Positions 20,599 to 30,800 of a stretch of DNA of 64,000 bases are shown in pieces. Both the position numbers and the translations under genes were made by a program. Positions within the stretch are counted from its first letter, which is position 1, and the number at the start of each line of letters is the position of its first letter. A model generated the notes under the pieces. The model was not told the DNA's origin, did not search any database, and was given only the letters and a program-made list of their open reading frames with translations. This stretch comes from an uncultured bacterium (GTDB taxonomy: Bacteria; Chloroflexota; UBA5177; JANWHV01). The DNA is taken from positions 800,001 to 864,000 of the forward strand of contig CAVSOU010000011.1 of NCBI GenBank assembly GCA_963729625.1, in the 5' to 3' direction.

Positions 20599-20860
20599 GA
20601 CGCGTTCGCTCCGTCTGGACCCGCTTCCGCCCGCCAGCGCTTCCCAGCGGTGCACGGACGCAGTATTGCTCATCAGTGGGATCACGTGCACCTGGTTCTG
20701 CACCAACGGTCGCCGCTGCTGCCGCAAGCCGAACGTCTGTCGCGTGGCTCGCGCTGCGCTATCGATCGCCTGCATACTGAGGCTACGGCCAATCCAGGCT
20801 GATGCGGGGCCTGGTGACCGGCCACACCGACATGCAGTGTGGCGATCGAGGAGGAGAAAC

Positions 20861-21952
20861 GTGAATATTGCCGAGCTCGACACGCCCAGCCTGATCGTCG
20901 ATCTCGATCGGCTGGAAGCGAACCTTCAGCGCATGGCGGAAATCAGCCGGGCAACTGGCGTCTCAATCCGACCTCACGCGAAGACACACAAGATTCCCGA
21001 GATCGGCAGGCTGCAGATCGCCGCGGGCAGCTCCGGGCTTACCGTGGCCAAGCTCGGCGAGGCGGAGGTGTTCGCCGAGCATGGCCTTGACGACCTGTTC
21101 ATCGCCTACCCGCTTTGGGGCGAGCAGAAGTGGGAGCGTCTGTGCCGTCTGGCCGCCAGAATACAGGTACGCGTGGCGGCTGATTCCTGCGAGGTGGTCG
21201 ACGGCATCTCGCGCGCCGCGACCCGCCACGGACTGCGTATTCGCGTGCGGCTCGAGATGGAGAGCGGCATGGAGCGGTGCGGCCTGCAGTCGCCCGAGCA
21301 GGCGATCGCGCTAGCCCGACAGATGGAGGATCTTCCGGGCGTCGAGCTCGTCGGACTCATGGAGTATGCGGGCCACAGCCTGCAGCAGCCCACCGTAGAG
21401 GGCATCAGGGCCGCCGGTGTGGCGGAGGCCGAACACCTGGTCGGCGTTGCGAAGGCGCTGCGGCGCGAGGGGTTTGCAGTGCCCGAGCTGAGCGTCGCCG
21501 GCACGCCATCCGGTCCCGCGGCCGCGCGCGTCCCGGGCATCACGGAGATTCGCCCTGGCACCTACCTCTTTTCCGACCGGACGCAGGTGGCGACCGGGTG
21601 GAGCAGCCTGGACGAATGCGCGTTGACTGTGCTGGCCACCGTGGTGAGCCGCCCCACATCGACGCGGGCGGTCGTCGACGGCGGATCCAAGACCTTCAGC
21701 AACGACGCCGCGGTGCGGTCGCCGGGCTTCGGGGCCGTACTTGGACACGAGGACTATGCGCTTGTCAGGCTGAGCGAAGAGCACGGGGTGATCACTGTTC
21801 CCGACGGCAGCCGTCTGCCCATCGGTACCCGGCTGCGCATCGTGCCGAACCACGTCTGCGCCTGCATCAATCTGCACGATAGCGTCGCGGCCGTGCGGGG
21901 CGAAGAGGTAGTAGCGATATGGCAGGTGGCCGCGCGGGGGAAGGTGCAGTAG
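20861..21952 (+). CDS. PLP fold-type III D-threonine aldolase / D-serine dehydratase (DSD1) family enzyme
   Basis: GAGGAG RBS then GTG 20861. Motifs LDTPSL, RPHAKTHK, EIRPGTYLF, LSEEHG, PNHVC. Confidence 0.93.
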   Translation: MNIAELDTPSLIVDLDRLEANLQRMAEISRATGVSIRPHAKTHKIPEIGRLQIAAGSSGLTVAKLGEAEVFAEHGLDDLFIAYPLWGEQKWERLCRLAARIQVRVAADSCEVVDGISRAATRHGLRIRVRLEMESGMERCGLQSPEQAIALARQMEDLPGVELVGLMEYAGHSLQQPTVEGIRAAGVAEAEHLVGVAKALRREGFAVPELSVAGTPSGPAAARVPGITEIRPGTYLFSDRTQVATGWSSLDECALTVLATVVSRPTSTRAVVDGGSKTFSNDAAVRSPGFGAVLGHEDYALVRLSEEHGVITVPDGSRLPIGTRLRIVPNHVCACINLHDSVAAVRGEEVVAIWQVAARGKVQ

Positions 21953-22129
21953 CGACAGTGTTGTCAGGGCCTGGGCGTCCGTCTACGCGTACATCCCCGG
22001 GGATGCCTGAGTGCAATGGGCAATCGTATACGCCGGGTCCGCGGCTTAACACGCGCACAGTGCATAACAAAGCTATCGACGATAACCGGCCCCGTCGAGA
22101 CGGCGCGCCAGGTATGCCTGCTTACGCCA

Positions 22130-23353
22130 TCAGATGGCGCCGGCTGGCTGAATGCCGCTCTCAGACGTCGCCGGCGCATCGTTTTCCTCCGCCTTTACGG
22201 TCAGCAGGGCGACCAGTGCCGCAGCCACCGAAAGTAGCAGGACGAAGAAGATGCTGCGATAGCCCCAGAGTGCCACCATGCCCGCCGCCAGGAAGCTGGA
22301 GAAGAATGCGGAGATCGATTCGGCTGCCGACTTCAACCCGGCGAAGACGCCCGTGCGCTGCGAGGGGATGAGTGTCGTCAGCAGCGGCCACGACAGCGCA
22401 TTGTAGGCGCCATTCCCGATGCCGGCTACCACCAGCAGAGGGAGGACCTGGAGCGCTGTCTGGACCGGAAGCGCCAGCGCCGAAGCCACGGCGATCAGGA
22501 AAAGGCCGCCCACCAGCACCGGCTTCATCCCCACCTTCTCGGCCAGCTTGGCAGAGGGCACGACGAATAGTCCCGTAAGCAGCACCAACACCAGGGCAAG
22601 CTTGAGCGCATCTCCGTCGGAGACGTGAAGCACCTTCGTCGCGTATCGAGTGAGGTTCACAAGAATGGTGTTGACGCCGATGTTGTACAGCGCCAGGGCA
22701 AGCAGATAGCGTGCGGCGGCGTGATGAGTGCGCAGCGACTGTACGTACGCCGCGAATGGGGTGCGCGGCTCGAGCTGAACCTGTTGCCTGTCCTCCGAAA
22801 CTCCCACAACCGTGAGGGCAAACATGCCCAGAATCACGATCGCCACTATGGGATAAATCGGTGTGGGGATGTGCTTCTGATCGGCAAGCGCCAGGAGCAG
22901 GCCGGCCTGGCTGACGAGCGTGACCACGTTGGAGATCGCATTGAGCAGCGGCCGTTGCCTCACCGGCGCTATGTCCGCCTGCAGGGCATTGTAGGGATCG
23001 GACGCGATGTTGTAGAGGAGTGAAAAGAGAAATACGCACAGGGCAGTAAATCCAAGGTTTGGCGCCATCGGAGTGAGCACGATAAAGACGGCGCTGAGCG
23101 GAATAGCCACTGCCATGAACGGCCGGCGGCGACCAAGGCGCGTCCAGATGCGATCGCTCCAGGCGCCGATCGTGGGCTGCACGACCGTGCCCTCAATCGA
23201 GCGCGTGTTGCTCAGCAGATTGACGATCAGGCCCGGTGCTCCCTTCAGCAGGAGCGGTAACACGAAGTTGTTGAACGCGTTGAACACACCTGAGCCAATA
23301 GAGGCCGCGCTGTAGAAGGCCATCGTGCGACGGGAGACCGGCCGAGGGTTCAT
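22130..23353 (-). CDS. MFS transporter (glycoside/SLC45-like)
   Basis: GAWSDRIWTRLGRRRPF motif, about 12 TM segments, GGAGAGG RBS. Confidence 0.93.
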   Translation of the reverse strand: MNPRPVSRRTMAFYSAASIGSGVFNAFNNFVLPLLLKGAPGLIVNLLSNTRSIEGTVVQPTIGAWSDRIWTRLGRRRPFMAVAIPLSAVFIVLTPMAPNLGFTALCVFLFSLLYNIASDPYNALQADIAPVRQRPLLNAISNVVTLVSQAGLLLALADQKHIPTPIYPIVAIVILGMFALTVVGVSEDRQQVQLEPRTPFAAYVQSLRTHHAAARYLLALALYNIGVNTILVNLTRYATKVLHVSDGDALKLALVLVLLTGLFVVPSAKLAEKVGMKPVLVGGLFLIAVASALALPVQTALQVLPLLVVAGIGNGAYNALSWPLLTTLIPSQRTGVFAGLKSAAESISAFFSSFLAAGMVALWGYRSIFFVLLLSVAAALVALLTVKAEENDAPATSESGIQPAGAI

Positions 23354-23684
23354 TCTGACCACCTCTCCGAGACAGGACGCTGCACTCTTCGTATCGAGCG
23401 CCACGCGACCTGACCGCAGCATATGCGTGCCACCGCTCTCGTTCCCAGGGCACGCACTCTATGACGCTCTCATCAGCTCCTGATCAACCCCAGTGAGAGT
23501 TTGGTAGAGCTTCTGCACTCCACGTGATAGCTGTCGCCGCCCTAGAATGCACTCACTGTATCTCACGGAAGCGCGCACAGTCTCCCCGCTACCGGCGAGT
23601 CCGAATGGTGTGGAGTGACTGCACGCAGCGATTCGGTTTTCAGGCGCGCACATGCGCGCTATTCTTGACGGGAGGTAGCAGCAT

Positions 23685-26411
23685 ATGGCAATGAAGGCGG
23701 CGAGCCCTACCGGCACTACCATGCGATCCGACGATACGGGCTCTGGGCCTCTCGCCCAGGACCTGTTCCTGGCAATCGCCGACCGCTGCCGCCGGCTGCC
23801 GGACGCTCCCGTGGTCGGAGGCCAGGAAGGTCTCCGCTGGAAGACACTGGCCGGCAGCCAATTCCTCGATCGCGTGGAAGCGCTGGCCCGCGATCTGCAC
23901 GCTCGCGGCGTCACCGCGGGCAGCCGCGTCGTGCTCTGGGTGCCGAACGGGTGGCGTACCCCGGCACTCTTCGCCGCCATCTGGCGCCTCGGCGCCATCG
24001 CGGTGCCTTTCGACCGCGAGATGAACGTTGAGGCAGCTCGTGCCATCCTCGATCGCGTGCGTCCGGCACTGGTGATCACCGGGTATAACCAGCCGCCGTC
24101 GTGGACCTCTGAATCGACCGCTGAAGAATGGTGGGAGCCGGGTCGCGCGGCGGGAATCGCTGCCCAGCCAGAGCCCGATGGGGACCGTGTAGCCGTGATC
24201 TACTTCACGTCCGGCACGACCGGGGCGCCCAAGGGCTGTACCCTCACGCATCGCAACCTGCTCTCTCAAGCTGCGATCATGCCGCGGTTGGTACCGCTGA
24301 AGCCCGGCGATGTTCTTGGCAGCATTTTGCCGCTCTCGCACATCTACGAGCTTAGCTGCGGCATGATCTACCCTATCGTGCAGGGCGCCCACGTTGCGTA
24401 TATCCCATCCCGCAAGGGGCCGGATATCGTGCGGGTGCTGAAGGAGCAGCGTGTCACCCACATGGTGGTGGTCCCGCAGGTACTCAGCCTCATGGGCGGC
24501 GCTGCCGAAGAGCGGCTGCGGAAGCTGCTGGGCGATACACGCTACCAGCGCGTCCTGCGACTGGCGGATCGCCTGCCCATGCAGTGGCGCCGTCTGCTCT
24601 TCTGGCCGATTCTGCATCGTCTCGGCGGCCGTCTGCGGCTTATCGCCAGCGGCGGTGCCGCGCTGAACCCCGAGGTACAGCGGCTTTGGGAGCGCATGGG
24701 TATCCGCACCGTGCAAGGGTACGGCGCGAGCGAATGCTCGCCGATGATCGCCTGCGGCCATGTGGACGGCAGTACGCCCTATGGGACCGTAGGCACGCCC
24801 GTTCCAGGGGTGGAAGCACGCATAGACGAGAGCGGCCAGTTGCTTATCCGTGGCCCTAACGTCATGCAGGGCTACTGGGAGGACCCGGAGCGCACGGCCC
24901 AGGTCATGACCGCCGACGGCTTCTACGCGACAGGCGACATCGTGGAGCGCGATACCCACGGGAACATCACGATCATGGGCCGTGCCCAGGAGCTGCTCGT
25001 GCTTCCTTCTGGGATGAATGTGTGGCCCGACGATGTAGAAGATCAGCTGCGGAAGCTCGACATGGTCAAGGATGCCGTCGTACTTCTGGTTCCCGGTGCT
25101 TCGGGCGGCGCGACATTGCACGCCTATCTGCTGCCTGCCGGCGCGCGCGACCCACAGGTCATCCCCGGAATTGTCGCCACCGCCAACGGGCATCTCGCGG
25201 TGCATCAGCGCGTGGCGACTGCCTCATGGTGGCCGGAAGACGACTTTCCGCGCACGTCTACGCTCAAGATCAAGCGACGTCTGATCCCGATTCCGGACCG
25301 TCTGCAAGCGCACGCGCAATCGACGCAACAGGTCGATGTAACCCAGGCAGGCGACGATCCGGTCGCCGCGGCTCTGCGCGCGGTGACCACCGGCGCGGCC
25401 ACACGGGACGAACAGTCGCTGGCTGAGCTGGGGCTGGACAGCCTTGGTCTGGTCGGCCTGCTTGTCGAGATCGAGAGCCGGACAGGTCTCACCATCCCCG
25501 AAGGGACGCTCGAGACGTCCATGACGCTCGCCGCGCTGCGTCTCGCCGTTTCGGCGGTCGCGACCGGAACGGAGTGGCCCGGGATCGGCGACACACCCAC
25601 CGAAGACCGCGTGAAGCGTGCCGAGGAAGCGCACACGTGGTTGCCTCCGCTCTGGCTGTACACCAAGGCGCGCGCGCTTCGCCGGCTGCGGACGCCAATT
25701 GACATGCTGCATCGGCGCGCGGTGCCAGAAGTCATCGTTCTCGGCACGGAGCACCTCGAGATACTGCGTCGCGGCGCCATCGTGGCCGGCACTCACCGTA
25801 GCTTCGCGGACGTGCCGACGATGCAGCGCGCGGTGGCTGAGGCTGCATCGCGTGACATCGCCGACCGGCTCACTGTTGCCGCCTCGTCGGTCATTGTCGG
25901 GCGGGCGGGATGGCTTGGCCGTCTCACTACCGTTGGCTTCGGCCTGTTTCCGTTGCGCCAGTATGGCGGCCAGGAAGAGAGCCTGCGCCGCCTCGCTCAG
26001 ATCGCCGACGCGGGCAACTCGATCCTGCTGTTCCCCCAGGGTCACCACACTGACCCGGAAGACGAGCGACAGGCGCTGCCGGCCGCTGATTTCAAGCCGG
26101 GCATCGGCCACCTGGCCGCCGATCTGGACCTGCCGGTTTTACCGTTCGGCATGGCGGGTACCGAACGTGTCGTGGCGCCTCGTACGCCTGAGAGCTTCAC
26201 CGGAGTGGTCATTGCCGGCATTCCGGTGCGCTATCACCGCCAGCCGGTGGCCGTGGCCTTTGGAGCACCAATGCAGCCTGAGGTGAGCGAGAGCGCCGCG
26301 GCATTCGTCCGGCGGCTGCAAACCGCCTGTTACGCCCTGGCCCGACAGGCTGAAGCCGCGCTGGCCGATCGCTCCTCCTCGGGCGCCCGAACAGGGTTGC
26401 GCAAGGAGTAG
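23685..26411 (+). CDS. AMP-binding (acyl-adenylation) - ACP - PlsC-like acyltransferase fusion
   Basis: A domain: YFTSGTTGAPKG, QGYGASE, ATGD, PRTSTLK. ACP: LGLDSL. Acyltransferase: THRSFAD, LLFPQG, FKPGIG. Confidence 0.92.
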   Translation: MAMKAASPTGTTMRSDDTGSGPLAQDLFLAIADRCRRLPDAPVVGGQEGLRWKTLAGSQFLDRVEALARDLHARGVTAGSRVVLWVPNGWRTPALFAAIWRLGAIAVPFDREMNVEAARAILDRVRPALVITGYNQPPSWTSESTAEEWWEPGRAAGIAAQPEPDGDRVAVIYFTSGTTGAPKGCTLTHRNLLSQAAIMPRLVPLKPGDVLGSILPLSHIYELSCGMIYPIVQGAHVAYIPSRKGPDIVRVLKEQRVTHMVVVPQVLSLMGGAAEERLRKLLGDTRYQRVLRLADRLPMQWRRLLFWPILHRLGGRLRLIASGGAALNPEVQRLWERMGIRTVQGYGASECSPMIACGHVDGSTPYGTVGTPVPGVEARIDESGQLLIRGPNVMQGYWEDPERTAQVMTADGFYATGDIVERDTHGNITIMGRAQELLVLPSGMNVWPDDVEDQLRKLDMVKDAVVLLVPGASGGATLHAYLLPAGARDPQVIPGIVATANGHLAVHQRVATASWWPEDDFPRTSTLKIKRRLIPIPDRLQAHAQSTQQVDVTQAGDDPVAAALRAVTTGAATRDEQSLAELGLDSLGLVGLLVEIESRTGLTIPEGTLETSMTLAALRLAVSAVATGTEWPGIGDTPTEDRVKRAEEAHTWLPPLWLYTKARALRRLRTPIDMLHRRAVPEVIVLGTEHLEILRRGAIVAGTHRSFADVPTMQRAVAEAASRDIADRLTVAASSVIVGRAGWLGRLTTVGFGLFPLRQYGGQEESLRRLAQIADAGNSILLFPQGHHTDPEDERQALPAADFKPGIGHLAADLDLPVLPFGMAGTERVVAPRTPESFTGVVIAGIPVRYHRQPVAVAFGAPMQPEVSESAAAFVRRLQTACYALARQAEAALADRSSSGARTGLRKE

Positions 26412-26470
26412 CCGCGAAGCGGGCTGCGTGGAGCGTCGCAGTGTCGCCCCGCCGGCCCCGGGTGTGTTTC

Positions 26471-26499
26471 TTTACACCGGCGCCGCCGCGTGCTAGGCT
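26471..26499 (+). promoter_or_regulatory. Sigma70-type promoter (extended -10) of a non-coding transcript
   Basis: TTTACA (26471-26476), 17 nt ending TGc, TAGGCT (26494-26499). Confidence 0.7.
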
Positions 26500-26505
26500 A
26501 GGCAG

Positions 26506-26694
26506 CGTCGAATGAGCAGTGCTCATGCCGTGGATGCGTGGATCTGCAGCCCTAGAAAGGTCGGACGCCTGAGAGACTGAGAGCGACCAGGGAGCCGCCC
26601 CCTCCTCCTGACGCCTGCCCTTGTGTGGTCACCCCGGCCTGCAGGGAGCAACTGGTGAACCCGGCCACGACCGCATTGTCGTGTGCCGGTTTTT
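26506..26694 (+). ncRNA. Putative 6S RNA-like structured ncRNA (~190 nt)
   Basis: ORF-free unit between a promoter and a terminator. Nested pairings CGUGG/CCACG, CCCU/AGGG, GGUCGG/CCGGCC, GACC/GGUC give a rod-like fold. CCGUGG-UGCG start and GGGAGC motif resemble 6S RNAs. Ends are approximate. Confidence 0.6.
26660..26694 (+). terminator. Intrinsic terminator
   Basis: CCGGC-CACGAC-cgcatt-GTCGTG-t-GCCGG followed by TTTTT. Confidence 0.8.
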
Positions 26695-27099
26695 CGTCCC
26701 CGGCGCGGAAGGAGCCTCTCGAAGCAGGTGAGCCTCGTCTTCGGCCTGGCTATCGCATTTACCCCTTCCGCGCCATCAGGGAGAGCCGCGGCGCTGAGAT
26801 CCAGCCAAATGGCGACAGGAGTGCTGCGCCAAGCGGGCCTCAGAGATAGGCGCGTCGGCAGGAACTGCCACGACCAGGGTGAACGCCCGGCACACGATGT
26901 GATCGGTCCTTTTCATTGACCCCGAGGCGGGTGAACAGACGCCTGCGCGGGCGCCGGTGACAGTTTTTGCGAGCAAATGGTCTACAGATGAGAGTGCTGA
27001 GGGGCGTAGGGTTTGGTCCATAGGGTCTGAGGTGATGACGCTGGCGCCGCGCATGTGGTGCATGCGTTCGGTCAGATGCTCCGGAAAGGAGACGCAGAC

Positions 27100-27753
27100 G
27101 TGGACGCGAACTTGGGAGTAGTGCTCTGGCTGGGAGCACTCGCGGCACTGGGATACGGGTTGCTATCGATGGGTCAACGAATTCGCCATATCCTCGCGCG
27201 TACGTTGACCTGGCTCATTCTGCTGCTCGCAGTCGGTCTGGCCTTTGCCTTTATCGGATACTTCGGATCGCTTGCCATCTTTATTGCCGGCGTCCTGCTG
27301 GCATCGTTTGCGGTACTGCTGGCCATCATCAGCGTGCTCATCGCAGGCGTCATCGGCCTGGTCACCGCCTTTGGCACGCGCTCTCCCAGTACGGCACACG
27401 ACCACGAGGCAGGGCGGGCCTATCCTGTGCCGGCTGCATATGGACCAGCCACCCCAAGCTTCGATGCGTTGAACGAGAAACCCGAAACGCAGCGACCTGG
27501 CATCGGCGAGCCGCACGGGCTTGGGCTTCTTGCCGGGCCGTCCGGCTCGATTGGAATGCCGTGCGATGGCTGGCTGGGCGGGTGGGTAGCAGTTGCTGCC
27601 ACCATGACACCGGCGACCGCGGACATAGCCGGCTCGACTCACTCGCCGGCCAATCCTGTGGAGGACGGCTCCGATGCAGGTGAGCTGCCGAGCGTAGCAG
27701 CACCGACGGAAGGAGTCGAGCCCATGCCGCAGACTCGCACGCTGACGCTATGA
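27100..27753 (+). CDS. Hypothetical membrane protein (3 TM, disordered tail)
   Basis: AAAGGAG RBS, GTG 27100, three hydrophobic helices, then a Pro/Ala-rich tail. Confidence 0.65.
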   Translation: MDANLGVVLWLGALAALGYGLLSMGQRIRHILARTLTWLILLLAVGLAFAFIGYFGSLAIFIAGVLLASFAVLLAIISVLIAGVIGLVTAFGTRSPSTAHDHEAGRAYPVPAAYGPATPSFDALNEKPETQRPGIGEPHGLGLLAGPSGSIGMPCDGWLGGWVAVAATMTPATADIAGSTHSPANPVEDGSDAGELPSVAAPTEGVEPMPQTRTLTL

Positions 27754-27881
27754 ACCGTCGATCCATCAGTGCCAAGCAGTCAAGGTCCCGAGCCCGTTCG
27801 ACCTATCGCGCACGGTGAGAAAGCGTGCATGCCGGCGCTGTCCCGGAGCTCGGGCAGACGCGGCTGAAAGGGGGAAGTGCG

Positions 27882-30800
27882 ATGCAATGCCCACGGTGCA
27901 CGTACGAGAGCCAGGTCGCGAACGTGCAATGTCCTGGCTGCCATTGTACGTTTGTCAGGGCCGAGCTGGAGGAGCTTGACCACCTGAAATACACGCTGGA
28001 CCGGCTGATGCGCTGGTACGATAAAGGCTTGCTCCCACCCAGAACCGCCGACCGTCTCGCACAGCTGACACATGCCGACACGCGCGCATTGCTGGCGCGC
28101 ATCGGCGAGCGACAAGCGCCGGTGTATCCGGCATCCAGCCAGGGAGCCGCACCGGCGGAGGCGCCGGCGAGAGTGCACGCCGAAGCAGCGGCCGTCGCGG
28201 CGAAGGCCGCAAGCCAACCCGTGCAGGCGGCCGCTGCCCCGTCTGTCGGCGTGCCGGCTGCCCGACCCGCGCCGGAAGCCCCGCGAGCCGCAGCAGCAGC
28301 CCTTGGCCAGGCCTCGACGCGCGCCGGGGTGATGGCCCAAGGGCCGGCCATGCAGGGAGCCGCGGTATCGAGCCCTCACGGTTCTGCTTCTCCACGACCG
28401 CTATCTCCGGCGATGGCCGTGCCGACTCCGCCGTCGAAGCCAACTCGCAGGCCGTCGCCCTCGTTCAGCTGGAAGCAGGTGGGTACGTACCTGCTCTCCG
28501 AGCGCACGCTCAATGCCCTGCTCGGACTGGGCGCCTTCCTCATCCTGGCGGCGGCGGTGGTAATCTCAACGGTGAACCCCACCGGGCTCGGGCCGGTGCT
28601 TCACCTGGCGGCGATGGTCGGCACGACTGCAGTCTTCTATCTGGCCGGAGCGCTCGTGCAGAAGCGCCTGCGCCTGGCGCGCACGGGTGCCACGCTGCTG
28701 GCAGTCGGGGCTGTCTTCATCCCGCTCGACGCGTGCACCTTTGGCAGTGACCTGCTGAAGTGGGAGCCGAGCGCCATCTGGGTTCTGGCGTCGCTTGTCT
28801 GCCTCCTCATCTACCTGCCCTCGCATCTCTCGCTCTACGATCGCGCGTCGGCAATCCTCACCGCTGCTGCCGGCGGCAGTCTCGTCCTGTCGCTGGCGCG
28901 CCCGCTGGGCGTGGACCCGATTTGGGGCGGCTGTGGACTGGTTGTCCTTGCCGGCGTCTATCTGATCGTCGCGGACCGGCTTCGCCACAGCCAGACGAAC
29001 CTGCATTGGGCACTATCCTGGGCGGCACAGCTGGCCACGCCTTCGGCGATGGCAGGCTTGCTTGCGCTGCGCTTCAGTCGGCAGCTCCTGGGCACCTTCC
29101 CGCCGGATTCCTTCCTGCAGACACTTGGCGCTCTACCCGGCGCTTCCATGGACTATGCGGTGGGTGTGACCTGGTGGCTGGGCGCGGCCTTCTATGTCCT
29201 GGCCACGCAGCTTGTGCCACGGCGCGCCAGTTCGCTTGCCGCGGCCTGGATCGTCCCCTGTGCCTTCCTCTTCACGCTCACCAAGGCGCCCTTCGACCGG
29301 GAGTGGTACGGCGTCGCCCTGGCAGCGCTGGCCGTGCTCTACATGCTGTTCGGGCGCCAGGTCCAGCGTGCGCTCAAGGGCGTGGCGCGTCCAACCCTGA
29401 TACAGTTGCTTGGCCAGCCCGTCTATCAGGTCGGCCTGACGCTGGCCGTGGTAGCGGGAATGTGGCCCGCGGCGATCTCGGTAGCCCGGCTCACTTCCAG
29501 CAGCGAGGCGATCGCTCTCTGGATACTGGTCGGTCTCTTCGCCTGGTCGGCGTTCACGTTCAAACACATCCTGTTTCGCTACGCCGCCGCATACCTGATC
29601 CTGGCGGCACTGGCGTGCATTCCGCCCGAACACCTGTTGTCGATTCCCGATCGGCCTGGCCTCGGGCTTGCGGCGCTGGCAGCCGGCTACCTGCTGTTTG
29701 GCTGGCTCACGGGCGGGCAGGCGATCAGAGGCGACGGGCCGTCCGCCCGGAGGGCGGTCGCTCGCGATCCGGTTTTCCAGGTAGCGGCATGGTGCACGGC
29801 CGCGGCCGCCTTGTGGCCGGCCCTCACCTCCCAGGCGACGTTCGTCACGGCCGAGGAGATCACTGCGCTCATCGCCGTTGCTCTGGTGTACGGCGCCGCG
29901 GCATTCCTGCTGGAACAGCGTGCCTGGGCCTACATCTCCGTTTCTCTCGTGCCGATTGCCTGGGGACTGTTTATGGCATTCCGGGCATACGACGACGGCC
30001 CGACGCTGCTTGGCTGGGCGCTGCTGGCGGTTGCGTTGTGGGTTGCCGCCGAGGTGGCTGCGCGACGCACGTCGGAAGGCAGGCGGCCGCTGATTGAGAC
30101 GGTGGTCGGTCTCGGCAGCTGGCGCTCTCGCTTCGCCTCACCGCTCTTCGCCGCCGGCTATGCAGTGAGCGTGATGGCCGTATTGGTTGGCTTGGCGCAA
30201 GCCTCGGATGCTTCCGCCATGCCTGGGCAGAGCGTCGCCGGTCTCCTGGTCGTGTGCGCGCTGTACGTCATCTCGTCGGCGAGCCGGCGGAGCAGCGTGT
30301 TCCTCTACCCGGCTACCTGGCTGTTTCTGTTGCCGCTCACCGCCGTGGTGTCGCACGCGTACGCGCGCTCGGGCATGGCCTATACCGCCGCGCAGGACGC
30401 ACGGGTGATGGCGGTGCTTGGGCTTGCCTATCTGGCACTGGCCTTCATCGTGGATCGTGCCGGCGGGCACTATGCGAAGCCGGTCTACCTGGCGGCGTAT
30501 GCCCTGGTGGTTCTGGGTGTCGCGACGGCGATTCCCGACCGGCCGATGATCGTGCAGACACTGGGCGCTGGGCTGGTCGCGCTCGCCTGGTCGGCCTGGC
30601 TCGTGCATAGCGGCCGGCACCCGTCCTACGCGTGGACGGTGGAACAGCTGGTGGCGAGTGTATCGGCCACGGTGTGGGATGCAGCCGAGATGCTGTTCCA
30701 GTATTTGGCCGTCTGGCTGTTGCCGGTCTGGGTGATCCTGCTGCAGAGCCTCCGATCGCCCCTTCCTGCGACGGCCGACTACGGCGTGACCCTGGCTCTC

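Noticed and set aside
20420-20860. Long N-terminal extensions given by the ORF track (20420, 9672, 5953, 4635, 56155)
   Set aside because: Family motifs and RBS signals point to downstream starts (20861, 9351, 6097, 4434, 56014).
26506-26694. Known riboswitch (TPP, ZTP, T-box, SAM, cobalamin), SRP, RNase P or tmRNA
   Set aside because: Only isolated submotifs (CUGAGA, GGGAGC) match; the defining consensus blocks are absent.
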